32,000 bases of DNA from Gemmata obscuriglobus (GTDB lineage Bacteria; Planctomycetota; Planctomycetia; Gemmatales; Gemmataceae). The position numbers were made by a program, and so were the translations under genes. The DNA lies in assembly GCF_008065095.1 (NCBI RefSeq), contig NZ_CP042911.1:3120001-3152000 (forward strand). The letters are read 5' to 3'. This document shows, one piece after another, positions 1-8,828 of this stretch (its first letter is position 1; the number at the start of each line of letters is the position of its first letter). The notes under the pieces were generated by a model. The model made no database searches and was not told where the DNA came from. It saw nothing but the letters and a program-made list of their open reading frames with translations.

Positions 1-2364
1 CGGTCGCGCGGGTTCCGGTTGGGCTCCTACGTCATTCAGGACCAGCTCGGGCAGGGCGGTATGGGGACCGTGTTCCTCGCCGAACACACCACCCTCCGCC
101 GCCTCGCGGCGGTTAAGGTGCTCACGCTCCCGAAGGATGTTGACGGGACCGACCTGGCCCTGGAGCGGTTCCTGCGGGAGGCCCGGGCCGCCGCCGCCCT
201 GGACCACCCGAACATCGTCCGCGTCAACGACGTCGCGAACCAGGACGGCATCCACTACATCACGCTGGAGTACGTCGACGGGGTGACGCTCGAGCAGCTG
301 CTGCAGAAGGGCGGGCCGGTCACGCCGTCGCGGGCCGTCGAGTACATCGCCCAGGCAGCCGCCGGGCTCCAGCACGCCGACGAGCGCGGGTTCGTCCACC
401 GCGACATTAAGCCGGCCAACCTGATCCTCACGCGGGACCAGAAGACGCTCAAGATCCTCGACATGGGGCTGGCCCGCTCGTTCACCAAAGAAGAAGACAA
501 GCTGACCGAGCGGCTGGAGCACGGGGCCATCGCCGGGACCGTCGATTTCATCGCCCCGGAGCAGTCGCTCGGCGCCGTCAACCTGGACATTCGGGCCGAC
601 ATCTACTCGCTCGGGGCCACCTTCTTCACCCTCCTCACCGGCCGCCCGCCGTTCCAGGGGAACACCACGCAGAAGCTTGCCCAGCACCAGATGAAGCCGG
701 CTCCGGACCTGACGGAACTCGACCCGACGCTCCCGGCCGAGTTGGCCGCAGTGGTCGCGAAAATGCTCGCGAAAAAGCCCAAAGACCGGTACCAAACGCC
801 CGCCGACGTAATTGCAGCGCTGGCGCCGTGGCTGGGCCAGTCGCGGACCAACTTGCCCGGCGCGGTGCTGGCGCCGGCGCACTCCGGCCGGATCGTCGAG
901 GGCGGGGTGCCGTCGGCCCGGAGTACCGTTCGCGCTGGGACGGCCGGTACGGAGCGCCGCACCACCCGGCGTAAGAAGAAGGCGAAACCGGCAGAGCCGC
1001 AGAAAAAGACGCTGCTGATCGCGGCCGGCGCGCTCGGCGCGCTGCTCGTGGCGGTGCTCGTCGCGGTTCTGGCGTCCGGCGGCAAGAAGCCGGAACAGGC
1101 GTCGAACGTGCCTGCCGGTAATCAGCCCGTTACGCCGTCTGTTACGCAGCCGGTGAACACCCCGCCCAGAATCGGCCCGAGCGCGCCGCAGAACCCGCAG
1201 CCGGCCGTCAAGCCGCCCGCCGGGGCGCCGGGCGAACTGTTGTACCACATCGATTTCGCGAACCTGGAAACCAGCTCGCTCTCGGCCGCGGTGGGCGAGA
1301 AGGTGTACACACAGCGGCTCGGCGGCCAGAGCCTTCCGCTCGGATGGGGCATCAACCACCACGAGCCCGCGGCGGCCGCCGAGTTCGCGATCGCCGACTT
1401 CGCCGGGGCACGCGCGCTCGAAGTCCGGCGCGTCCGGTTCGAGCGCACCGAGGTGGTTTGTAAGCTGGACGCCGTACTCAGCACGCCTGGGGTGAACGAG
1501 TCCCGCACGTTCCGCGTGGAGTACCAGTTCGACGGCCCCGGCCTCGTGCAGTTCGGGATCAAGATCGACAAGGTTCCGTACGTGAGGCCCGTTCTGGAGC
1601 CGCTCGCGCCGACGAGCGGGGGCTGGCGCCAGGCGGAGTTCGTGTTCACACGGCAGACCAACGACCCGGTGATGTTCAGTTGCAACATCTCCCCGGACCC
1701 GAAGGCGCCGACCGCGCCGACCGGTGCGTTCCGGCTCCGGGCCCTCGACGTGTGGAAGGGGCGGGCCGCGGCGGCGCCGCCGGCGGCTCCCCCGGCCCCG
1801 GCGGCTCTGGCGAACCGGTTCGTCGGTTGGAAAGCCGGGGCCGTGGTCTACCGTTCCGACCTCGGAGAGATCGAACCGTTCCAGGTCACGAAGGAGGGCA
1901 CGAAGGTCCAAACGGGCGCGCCCGAACAGCTCCCCAAGGGGATCCGCGCTTCGTGCTGGAAGCCCGCCGCGGTCGCGGAGTTCCGGTGCGAGTCCACCGG
2001 CGTCTCGCGGGCCCTGGGGGTGGCCAACCTGTCCGACGATAAGGCCGGCCGGATCGCCTTCGAACTCGAACGCGAGATGGACCTCCGCCTGACGCCCGGG
2101 AAGGCGTACCGCGTGACGGTTGAGTACGCGACCCAAAGCGGAGCTTCGGGCGGGCTGGTGGTACAAGCGCCCGGAACGACCGTGCGAAACGTGCTTCAGA
2201 TTCCGCTCACCGCCAGCGACGACAGTTGGAAGACGGTCTCCGGTGAGTTCGAGCGCCGCGACGGCGAACCGATCCGGCTGAGCTTGGAGAACTTCACCGT
2301 CGGCGCGGAAAAGGTCCTCTCGATCCGGTCCATTGAGGTTACCGAACTGGTGAAGCCGGACTGA
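1..2364 (+). CDS. Hanks-type Ser/Thr protein kinase, single-pass membrane protein with a large beta-rich C-terminal (predicted extracytoplasmic) region; 5' end probably outside the window
   Basis: The frame is open from base 1. The TTG at 19 is only the ORF-caller start, and the glycine loop GQGGMGTV lies about 12 aa after it, so the true start is probably upstream. Kinase motifs seen: AVK, HRDIKPANLIL, DMGLAR, APE. A K/R-rich linker follows, then one TM helix (LLIAAGALGALLVAVLVAVLASG, about nt 1008-1080), a P-rich spacer, and about 400 aa that read as two beta-sandwich-like modules. Confidence 0.9.
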   Translation, partial: RSRGFRLGSYVIQDQLGQGGMGTVFLAEHTTLRRLAAVKVLTLPKDVDGTDLALERFLREARAAAALDHPNIVRVNDVANQDGIHYITLEYVDGVTLEQLLQKGGPVTPSRAVEYIAQAAAGLQHADERGFVHRDIKPANLILTRDQKTLKILDMGLARSFTKEEDKLTERLEHGAIAGTVDFIAPEQSLGAVNLDIRADIYSLGATFFTLLTGRPPFQGNTTQKLAQHQMKPAPDLTELDPTLPAELAAVVAKMLAKKPKDRYQTPADVIAALAPWLGQSRTNLPGAVLAPAHSGRIVEGGVPSARSTVRAGTAGTERRTTRRKKKAKPAEPQKKTLLIAAGALGALLVAVLVAVLASGGKKPEQASNVPAGNQPVTPSVTQPVNTPPRIGPSAPQNPQPAVKPPAGAPGELLYHIDFANLETSSLSAAVGEKVYTQRLGGQSLPLGWGINHHEPAAAAEFAIADFAGARALEVRRVRFERTEVVCKLDAVLSTPGVNESRTFRVEYQFDGPGLVQFGIKIDKVPYVRPVLEPLAPTSGGWRQAEFVFTRQTNDPVMFSCNISPDPKAPTAPTGAFRLRALDVWKGRAAAAPPAAPPAPAALANRFVGWKAGAVVYRSDLGEIEPFQVTKEGTKVQTGAPEQLPKGIRASCWKPAAVAEFRCESTGVSRALGVANLSDDKAGRIAFELEREMDLRLTPGKAYRVTVEYATQSGASGGLVVQAPGTTVRNVLQIPLTASDDSWKTVSGEFERRDGEPIRLSLENFTVGAEKVLSIRSIEVTELVKPD

Positions 2365-2551
2365 ATTGCGCCCGTCCCCGCAACGTGCCGCCGCCGGTTC
2401 CGGTCGGCCGGCACGCGAACCTTCCGCCGCCGGCCCGGCGGCAACTCTCGCCCCGCTCGATTATCTCGGACCATCGCTTCGCAAACGGGTTGCCGGGGAC
2501 CGGCGGCCCGCTCGCGTAACCAACCCATTGCATCCAGCCGAAGGACCTCGT

Positions 2552-5500
2552 ATGTCGTCTCGCAGCTCTTTCCGGAACCGGCAACCGATTGCCCTGAACG
2601 GTGTGGAGCGACTGGAAGACCGTCTCACCCCGGCGTCCGGGGCAGGGCTCTTGGGTCAGTATTACGCGAACCCGGATTTCACAAATTTGACGGCCGTTCA
2701 GACGGACGCGGGCATCAACGCTCAGTGGGCACCCGAAGTGGCCGGAGGGGCGCGTGCGATTCGATGGTCGGGACAGGTGGAGGCGAAGTACACCGAGGAT
2801 TACACGTTCACGGCAACCGCGGACGAGAAGGTCCGGGTGTGGGTGAACGGGCAGTTGCTGGTGAACGGCAGCGGAACGGAGGCGGCGGCCCAGTACGCGG
2901 GGACAATTCACCTCGTCGCCGGCCGCCGGTACGACCTCCTGGTGGAGTACGAGAACCACGTCGGCGGCGGGCAGGTCAAGCTGGAATGGGCCAGCGCATC
3001 GCAGCCCCGCACGGTCGTCCCGGTCGGGCAACTGTTCCCGAGCGAACGGGGCGGCCTGCTCCAAGAAGGATCGAAGCTCAGCGGATTTATTTTCCCTCCG
3101 GTCACCGGATATTACCAATTTACCGTCGGTACGTCGGGCGCCGCACTGTACCTGAGCAACAGCACCGACCCGGCCGGGAAGCGACTGATCGCCGGGGCGG
3201 GTGCGTCCGCACCCGTTTACCTCGTCGCCGGGCAGTCGTACTACGTCGAGGCGCTCGGTACGGGCTCGGCCGCGCCGGGCATCGGCTGGGTGCGGCCGGA
3301 CGGTCGGGTTGATGCGGTCATCCCCGGGGAGCACCTCGCCCCGGTCCTTCCGGAAGTCCGGGTGTATGCCGACACCAGCGCGGCCGTCGAGGGCGAGGAC
3401 AACGAGGGCCGGTTCACCGTCGTCCGGACCGGGCCGACGACCTCACCGATCACCGTTCGGTACACGGTGTCCGGAACCGCGATTGCCGGAACGGACTACA
3501 CGTCCCTGTCCGGGTGGGTGACCATCCCGGCCGGCGCGACCTCGGCGGCGATCACGGTCCGGGGGCTCGCCGACGGCCTCCTTGAGGGGACCGAGACGGT
3601 TTCCGTCGAACTGCAAGACGGGCCGGGCTATCAGGTCGGCACGACCAGCAGCCGGACGGCGGTCACCACCGTCCTCGACAACAGCGACGCGCCGGCGGGC
3701 GGCACGGCCGTTGTTAACTCGTCGCCCGCGGCGTTCTCCACCAACGGCGTCCCGACGTACGGGTCGAGCCAGGTGCTGTCGGACCCGCGGTTCGGCCAGG
3801 CGCTCCACGTCAACGTTACGACGGTCCCGCCCAACACCTACAACATCCAGGCCGCTCAGGCCACGACCGCGGCCGTCAAGAAGGGCGATCGGCTGCTTGT
3901 GGAGTTCTACGCCCGCTCCCTGAGTGGAATCACCGGCCGGTTTGAAGTCGTGTTCGAGCAGCGCGTCGCCCCGAACGCCAAGTCGCTCTCGCAGGGCGCC
4001 GAGGTGGGCAGCGAGTGGACCAAGTTCCAGATCGCGTTCGTAGCCAACGACGACTACGCGGCCGGCGCGGCGGCGCTCAACTTCCGGTTCGGCGCCCAGT
4101 TGCAGACCCTCCAACTGGCCGGCGTCCGGTTGCTCAACTACGGCCCGTCGCCCAGCCTGATCCCCGCCGCCGGGTTCACCGTAACCCAGAACGGCGGCAC
4201 CTGGGGAACGGTCGGGCCGGTGGCGGTGGACGGGCCGACGTTCACCTCGGCCACGCAGGCCACGACCGTAACCAAGCCGCCCACCGGATCGTACCAGTTC
4301 CAGCAGACGGTCAAGAACGCCGCCGCCATCGCCGCCGGCGAGACGGTGACCGTGGAGTATTACGTGCGGTCGGTCGGGGGGCCGACGGCGCAGACCCGCG
4401 TCGTGGTGCAAACGGCCGGCGGGGGCACCATCTACACCAGCCGCGACGCCACCGTCGGGACGGAGTGGACCAAGTTCACGCTGACCTTCACGGCCCCGCA
4501 GGCGTTCGCGGCGAATGCGATTCAACTGGGGTTCAACTTCGGGTTCGACCCGCAGGCGCTGCAACTCGGCGGCATCACCTGGACGCACTCCGGGCCGACG
4601 GCGCCGGTGGTTTCTGCGGCGGTCCCGAGTTCGTCGACCGGCGCCCTGACGACCACCGGCGCGGCTTACGGCAGCGGCCGGTACATCGACGCGCCCGGCC
4701 CTGGGTTCACCCGGGCTTACGAGGCGACCACCACCGCGGTTCCGCCGCAGCTTTACAACTTCCAGGTGGCAACCCGGAACGTGGACGCGCTGGCCAGCGG
4801 CACGGCGGTGACCGTTCAGTTCTACGCGCGGGCGAAGACTGGCACAGCGCAGTTCAACGCCCTCCTTCAAGAAATCGCCAGTCCGAACCAGACGTTCGGC
4901 AGCACGGGGGCGCGCACGGTCGGGACCGACTGGGTCCAGATCACGTTCACCGGAACGCTGGGCAAGGCGTTCGCGGCGAACGCGCTGCAACTCGTGTTCA
5001 ACCTCGGCTACGGCCTGCAAACGGTCCAGATCGCGGGCCTGGTGGTCACCGCGAACACCACCGACCCGTACCCGTTCCAGAACGACGTCCTGTCGGAACT
5101 CGCGTTCGCCGGCACCGGGACCTACGGGACCGCCACCCCGTCGGCGTTCACCAGCGCCCCGGCGTTCTTCCAGTCCTACACGGTCGAAACGACCACGAAA
5201 CCGGCGGCCCCGTCCGCCTTCCAGGCCGTCGCGAAGGTGCCCGAGGCGCTGAAGGCGGGCGACACCTTGACGCTTCAGTTCACCGCCCGGACGCAAACCA
5301 CCGCGGGGACGATCTCGGTCGCCGTGCAGCGGACGGACGGCACCTTCGCCACGCTCTTCCTTCAGCAACTCACACTGAACAACCAGAGCACAAGCGGCGG
5401 TGGGTGGACGACGTACACGTACACCGTTCCGATCGCCGAAGCGTTCGCGGCCGGCGGTCTGCAGGTGGCGATCAACTTCGGCCACGCCGTGCAGAAGGTC

Positions 5501-8500
5501 CAGATCGTCGGCCTGACACTGACCAAGACGTCCACGCCGGACCCGGTCGTGCAGGCACTGCCGACGCTGACGTCTCCGCTGGGGTACGGCGGGCGGGACG
5601 GGGGGGCGGACTGGCGGGCCGAGGCCGACGCCCAGATCGACGCGGTTCGCAAGGCCGACCTCACCGTGCAGGTGGTGGACCAGGCCGGCCGCGCGATCGA
5701 CGGGGCGGTGGTGTCCGTCCGGCAGGCCGAGCAGGCGTTCAAGTTCGGGACGGCCGTGAACGCGAACCTGCTCCTGAGTTCCGGCGCGGACGCGGACAAG
5801 TACCGGGCCGTTCTGCTCCAACTGTTCAACACGGCCACCATCGAGAGCCAGCTCAAGTGGCAGCCGTACGAGAACGACCCGGCCCGGGCGCAGAACTCGG
5901 TGGACTGGCTGGTGGCCAACGGGCTGTACGTTCGCGGGCACACCATCATCTGGCCGCGCCGCGACAACATGCCCGCCGACGTGTGGGCCACCTACGACCA
6001 GATCAAGGCCGCCCAGGGCGCGGACGCGGCGGCCGACTACCTGGAGGCCGCGATCGACGCCCGGATCGCGGAGATGATCACCACGTTCAACGGCATCATC
6101 ACCGAATGGGACGTGGTGAACGAGCCGTACAGCAACCACGACGTGATGGACATCCTCGGCCCGGACATCATCACCAAGTGGTACGAACTTGTGGGCCAGT
6201 ACGACCCGACCGTGCTGCGGTTCCTCAACGACTACGAGATCTTCGCCCGGAACGGCCTGAACGCCGCGCACCGCGCCGACTTCGACGCGTGGCTCGACCG
6301 GCTCACCGCCGCCGGGGTGCTCGACGGGATCGGGGAGCAGAGCCACTACACCACCAGCAACCTGACCGACATCCCCGTGCTGGGCGACCTGCTCAACACG
6401 TATGGCGCTTACGGGCTGCCGATCGCCATCACCGAGTTCGACTTCACCACCAGCGATCAGCAGTTGCAGGCCGACTACCTGCGCGACTACATGACGATGG
6501 TGTTCAGCAACCCGGCGGTGACGGAGTTCGTCCAGTGGGGCTTCTGGGCCGGCTCGCACTGGCGGCCGGACGCCGCCATGTTCAACTTCGACTGGACCCT
6601 CAAGCCCAACGGCCAGGCGTACCAGGACCTGGTGTTCGGCGACTGGTGGACCGACACCCGCGGCACCAGCGCGTGGGGCGGGGCGTTCTCTACCCGCGCG
6701 TTCCAGGGGGAGTACGAAGTCGTAGTCGAGTACAACGGGCAGACCGTGGTGCGGCCCGCGACCCTCGGCCCGGACGGCGTTACGCTGGTCGTGTCGGTCA
6801 ACGCCCCGGCGGTGGCCGAGACGCCGAGTCTGACGGCGCCCTCAACTGCTCTCGGGGACGAGGGCACGCCGATCGTGCTCGACATCGCCGCGGGGCTCAA
6901 CGACCTGGACGGCTCGGAGGTGCTGGCCGTCACGGTGGCCGGGGTGCCGGCCGGGGCAACGCTGTCCGCCGGCACCAACACCGGTGATGGCGTCTGGACC
7001 CTGATCGCGGCTGATTTGAATGGGCTGAAGATCACCGTGCCGGACAACGCCTCGTTCACGTTGACGGTGACGGCCACGGCCCTCGAACCGGCAACGGGCG
7101 ATGCAGCGAGCGTGTCGACGAGCGTCGCGGTCACCGTGCGGAACGTGGCGCCGGTTCCGGTCATTCAGTCGGTGTCTGGCCCGCGGGTGGAGGGGACCGC
7201 CGTCACGGTCACCGGATCGGCCACCGACGCGGCCGGGGTCAACGACACGATCACCCTGACGTGGTTCGTTTTCAAAGACGGGGCAACCGGCACTTACGCA
7301 ACCGGTAACGGTACGGCGTTCACCTTCACCCCGAGCGACGACGGCAGCTACCGCATCGTGATGGTCGCGTCCGACGAGGACGGCGGCGTGGCAATTACGG
7401 ACCAGTTGGTGGCCGTGGCGAACGCCGCGCCGGTCCCGGTGATTGAGTCGGTTACCGGCTCGCGTGTGGAAGGGGCTGCGATCACGGTCACCGGATCGGC
7501 CACCGACGCGGCCGAGGTCAACGACACGATCACCCTGACGTGGGCTGTTTACAAGAGCGGTGCCGCCACAGCATTTGCTAGCGGCACCGGAACCACATTG
7601 TCGTTTACTCCGAACGATAACGGCAGTTACCGGATCGTGCTAACAGCGGCCGACGAGGACGGCGGCAGTTCGACGACCGAGCAGACCGTGATCGTGACGA
7701 ACGCCGCGCCGGTCCCGTCCTTCACCGGCCCGACCTCCGGGGTCCGGGGGCAAACGCTGACCTACGTCGGGAGCTTCACCGACCTCGGCGCTGGCGACAC
7801 GCACGCCCTCACCTGGACGGTCACCCGGAACGGGGTCACATACGCCACCGGCACCGGATCGTCCCTCTCGTTCGTCCCGACCGCCGACGGCATCTACAAG
7901 GTGTCGTTCACGGTGACGGACGACGACGGCGGAACCGCGACCGCGACCACATCGGTCACCGTCAGCGCCATCGCTGTCCAGGAGGACCCGCTGAGCCCGG
8001 GCAAGGGGCTGTTGGTGATCGGCGGGACGACCGGAGCGGATCTCATCACCGTTTCGCAGGGGCTGTTAGGAGGGTACACGGTTACCATTCTCTCGGCCGG
8101 TCCGAACGGCCTGGATCTGACGGTCGGGATCTTCCGCCCGCGGTCGAGCGGGTGGGAACTGTCGCTTGCCATTGGTGGGTCGTCGGCCACGCTGTTCTCG
8201 GCTTCACTCACCATGCCACTCGACGGGATCGTTGTGTACGCTCAGGCGGGCGACGACAGCGTCACGGTGGGCGGGAGCATCGACCTGACTGCGTGGCTCT
8301 ACGGCGGGGACGGAGACGACGTTCTCACCGGCGGGGGCGGGAACGATGTCCTGATCGGCGGTGACGGGAACGACCACCTGAACGGCGGCGCCGGACGGGA
8401 CATCCTGATCGGTGGCCGCGGCGCGGACCGGCTCGTCGCCGGCGCCGGTGACGACATCCTGATTGCTGGGCTCACCAGTTACGACGACGACCGTGGGGCG

Positions 8501-8704
8501 TTGGCGAGTCTGCTCGGCGTGTGGGTCGATTCCACCAGGACGTACGCGCAGCGGACCGCTGCTTTGGCCGATCCGACCCTGCGCGGCGGTGTGTACCTGG
8601 GACCGACGACCGTCCGGGATGATACGTCGAGCGACACCCTGATTGGTGGCGCGGGGGCCAACTGGTTCTTCTTCGACCCCGCCCGTGACCGTCGCATTGG
8701 CTGA
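2552..8704 (+). CDS. Giant mosaic secreted glycoside hydrolase family 10 (xylanase-like) protein: PA14, Calx-beta, 4 CBM4/9/22-like modules, GH10 catalytic domain, 3 PKD-like repeats, RTX Ca-binding repeats
   Basis: ATG at 2552 is in frame with ORF 2366-8704 and preceded by GAAGGA about 7 nt upstream. The N-terminus is MSSRSSFRNRQPIALNGVERLEDRLTPA. Approximate domain spans: PA14-like LLGQYYANPDF...WSGQV...YTF (2640-3045); Calx-beta EGEDNEGRFTVVRTG...VSGTAIAGTDY (3355-3625); four ~150-aa repeats with a recurring YxFQ...V(E/Q)FYAR...(E/D)WT(K)F...LQ..G pattern (3690-5530). GH10 region about 5735-6625 has FKFGTAV, WDVVNEPY (Glu codon 6122-6124) and ITEFD (Glu codon 6434-6436). Three 93-aa repeats span 7148-7984. 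GGxGxD nonapeptide run GGDGDDVLTGGGGNDVLIGGDGNDHLNGGAGRDILIGGRGADRL spans 8300-8470. Confidence 0.9.
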   Translation: MSSRSSFRNRQPIALNGVERLEDRLTPASGAGLLGQYYANPDFTNLTAVQTDAGINAQWAPEVAGGARAIRWSGQVEAKYTEDYTFTATADEKVRVWVNGQLLVNGSGTEAAAQYAGTIHLVAGRRYDLLVEYENHVGGGQVKLEWASASQPRTVVPVGQLFPSERGGLLQEGSKLSGFIFPPVTGYYQFTVGTSGAALYLSNSTDPAGKRLIAGAGASAPVYLVAGQSYYVEALGTGSAAPGIGWVRPDGRVDAVIPGEHLAPVLPEVRVYADTSAAVEGEDNEGRFTVVRTGPTTSPITVRYTVSGTAIAGTDYTSLSGWVTIPAGATSAAITVRGLADGLLEGTETVSVELQDGPGYQVGTTSSRTAVTTVLDNSDAPAGGTAVVNSSPAAFSTNGVPTYGSSQVLSDPRFGQALHVNVTTVPPNTYNIQAAQATTAAVKKGDRLLVEFYARSLSGITGRFEVVFEQRVAPNAKSLSQGAEVGSEWTKFQIAFVANDDYAAGAAALNFRFGAQLQTLQLAGVRLLNYGPSPSLIPAAGFTVTQNGGTWGTVGPVAVDGPTFTSATQATTVTKPPTGSYQFQQTVKNAAAIAAGETVTVEYYVRSVGGPTAQTRVVVQTAGGGTIYTSRDATVGTEWTKFTLTFTAPQAFAANAIQLGFNFGFDPQALQLGGITWTHSGPTAPVVSAAVPSSSTGALTTTGAAYGSGRYIDAPGPGFTRAYEATTTAVPPQLYNFQVATRNVDALASGTAVTVQFYARAKTGTAQFNALLQEIASPNQTFGSTGARTVGTDWVQITFTGTLGKAFAANALQLVFNLGYGLQTVQIAGLVVTANTTDPYPFQNDVLSELAFAGTGTYGTATPSAFTSAPAFFQSYTVETTTKPAAPSAFQAVAKVPEALKAGDTLTLQFTARTQTTAGTISVAVQRTDGTFATLFLQQLTLNNQSTSGGGWTTYTYTVPIAEAFAAGGLQVAINFGHAVQKVQIVGLTLTKTSTPDPVVQALPTLTSPLGYGGRDGGADWRAEADAQIDAVRKADLTVQVVDQAGRAIDGAVVSVRQAEQAFKFGTAVNANLLLSSGADADKYRAVLLQLFNTATIESQLKWQPYENDPARAQNSVDWLVANGLYVRGHTIIWPRRDNMPADVWATYDQIKAAQGADAAADYLEAAIDARIAEMITTFNGIITEWDVVNEPYSNHDVMDILGPDIITKWYELVGQYDPTVLRFLNDYEIFARNGLNAAHRADFDAWLDRLTAAGVLDGIGEQSHYTTSNLTDIPVLGDLLNTYGAYGLPIAITEFDFTTSDQQLQADYLRDYMTMVFSNPAVTEFVQWGFWAGSHWRPDAAMFNFDWTLKPNGQAYQDLVFGDWWTDTRGTSAWGGAFSTRAFQGEYEVVVEYNGQTVVRPATLGPDGVTLVVSVNAPAVAETPSLTAPSTALGDEGTPIVLDIAAGLNDLDGSEVLAVTVAGVPAGATLSAGTNTGDGVWTLIAADLNGLKITVPDNASFTLTVTATALEPATGDAASVSTSVAVTVRNVAPVPVIQSVSGPRVEGTAVTVTGSATDAAGVNDTITLTWFVFKDGATGTYATGNGTAFTFTPSDDGSYRIVMVASDEDGGVAITDQLVAVANAAPVPVIESVTGSRVEGAAITVTGSATDAAEVNDTITLTWAVYKSGAATAFASGTGTTLSFTPNDNGSYRIVLTAADEDGGSSTTEQTVIVTNAAPVPSFTGPTSGVRGQTLTYVGSFTDLGAGDTHALTWTVTRNGVTYATGTGSSLSFVPTADGIYKVSFTVTDDDGGTATATTSVTVSAIAVQEDPLSPGKGLLVIGGTTGADLITVSQGLLGGYTVTILSAGPNGLDLTVGIFRPRSSGWELSLAIGGSSATLFSASLTMPLDGIVVYAQAGDDSVTVGGSIDLTAWLYGGDGDDVLTGGGGNDVLIGGDGNDHLNGGAGRDILIGGRGADRLVAGAGDDILIAGLTSYDDDRGALASLLGVWVDSTRTYAQRTAALADPTLRGGVYLGPTTVRDDTSSDTLIGGAGANWFFFDPARDRRIG
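7148..7984 (+). repeat. Three in-frame tandem 279-bp repeats (7148-7426, 7427-7705, 7706-7984), each encoding a PKD/Ig-like module
   Basis: The unit start GCGCCGGT(T/C)CCGG recurs at 7148, 7427 and 7706, an exact 279-nt (93-codon) period. Units 1 and 2 share long identical tracts, for example ACGGTCACCGGATCGGCCACCGACGCGGCCG and GTCAACGACACGATCACCCTGACGTGG. Unit 3 is more diverged. Confidence 0.85.
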
Positions 8705-8715
8705 TATCAGGCTGG

Positions 8716-8743
8716 CTCGGCCGGGGCTGATTTCCCGGCCGAG
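8716..8743 (+). terminator. GC-rich hairpin 12 nt after the giant-gene stop codon; candidate terminator or mRNA 3' stabiliser
   Basis: A perfect 10-bp stem, CTCGGCCGGG (8716-8725) with CCCGGCCGAG (8734-8743), flanks an 8-nt loop GCTGATTT. There is no U-tract afterwards, so it is not a canonical intrinsic terminator. Confidence 0.4.
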
Positions 8744-8828
8744 ACTGATCCACGGTCTGCGTGGTGGTGACTGTTTTTGTGACACGGGCATTCTGTCTGC
8801 GTGGCGTGAGAAAGTTACGCGGAAAGCA

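Noticed and set aside
2385-2414. Hairpin after the first kinase gene as a terminator
   Set aside because: Only about 6 uninterrupted base pairs (GTGCCG/CGGCAC) with internal mismatches and no U-tract. This is too weak to call, so co-transcription with the GH10 gene remains possible.
2366-2551. Upstream extensions of ORFs used as gene starts by the ORF caller (2366 for the giant gene, 16191 for cpaF, 17522 for tadB, 13647 for the NarL regulator, 28177 for DUF1559)
   Set aside because: The extensions are compositionally aberrant, overlap upstream genes, or remove typical N-terminal features. Internal ATG/GTG starts with SD-like sequences or coupling overlaps fit better.
3443-6559. 1038-aa minus-strand ORF and 990-aa plus-strand ORF (4015-6987) overlapping the giant gene
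   Set aside because: Their translations are R/G/P/A/V low-complexity sequence with no domain motifs, typical of out-of-frame shadow ORFs in very GC-rich DNA. The 2552-8704 frame carries continuous recognisable domains.
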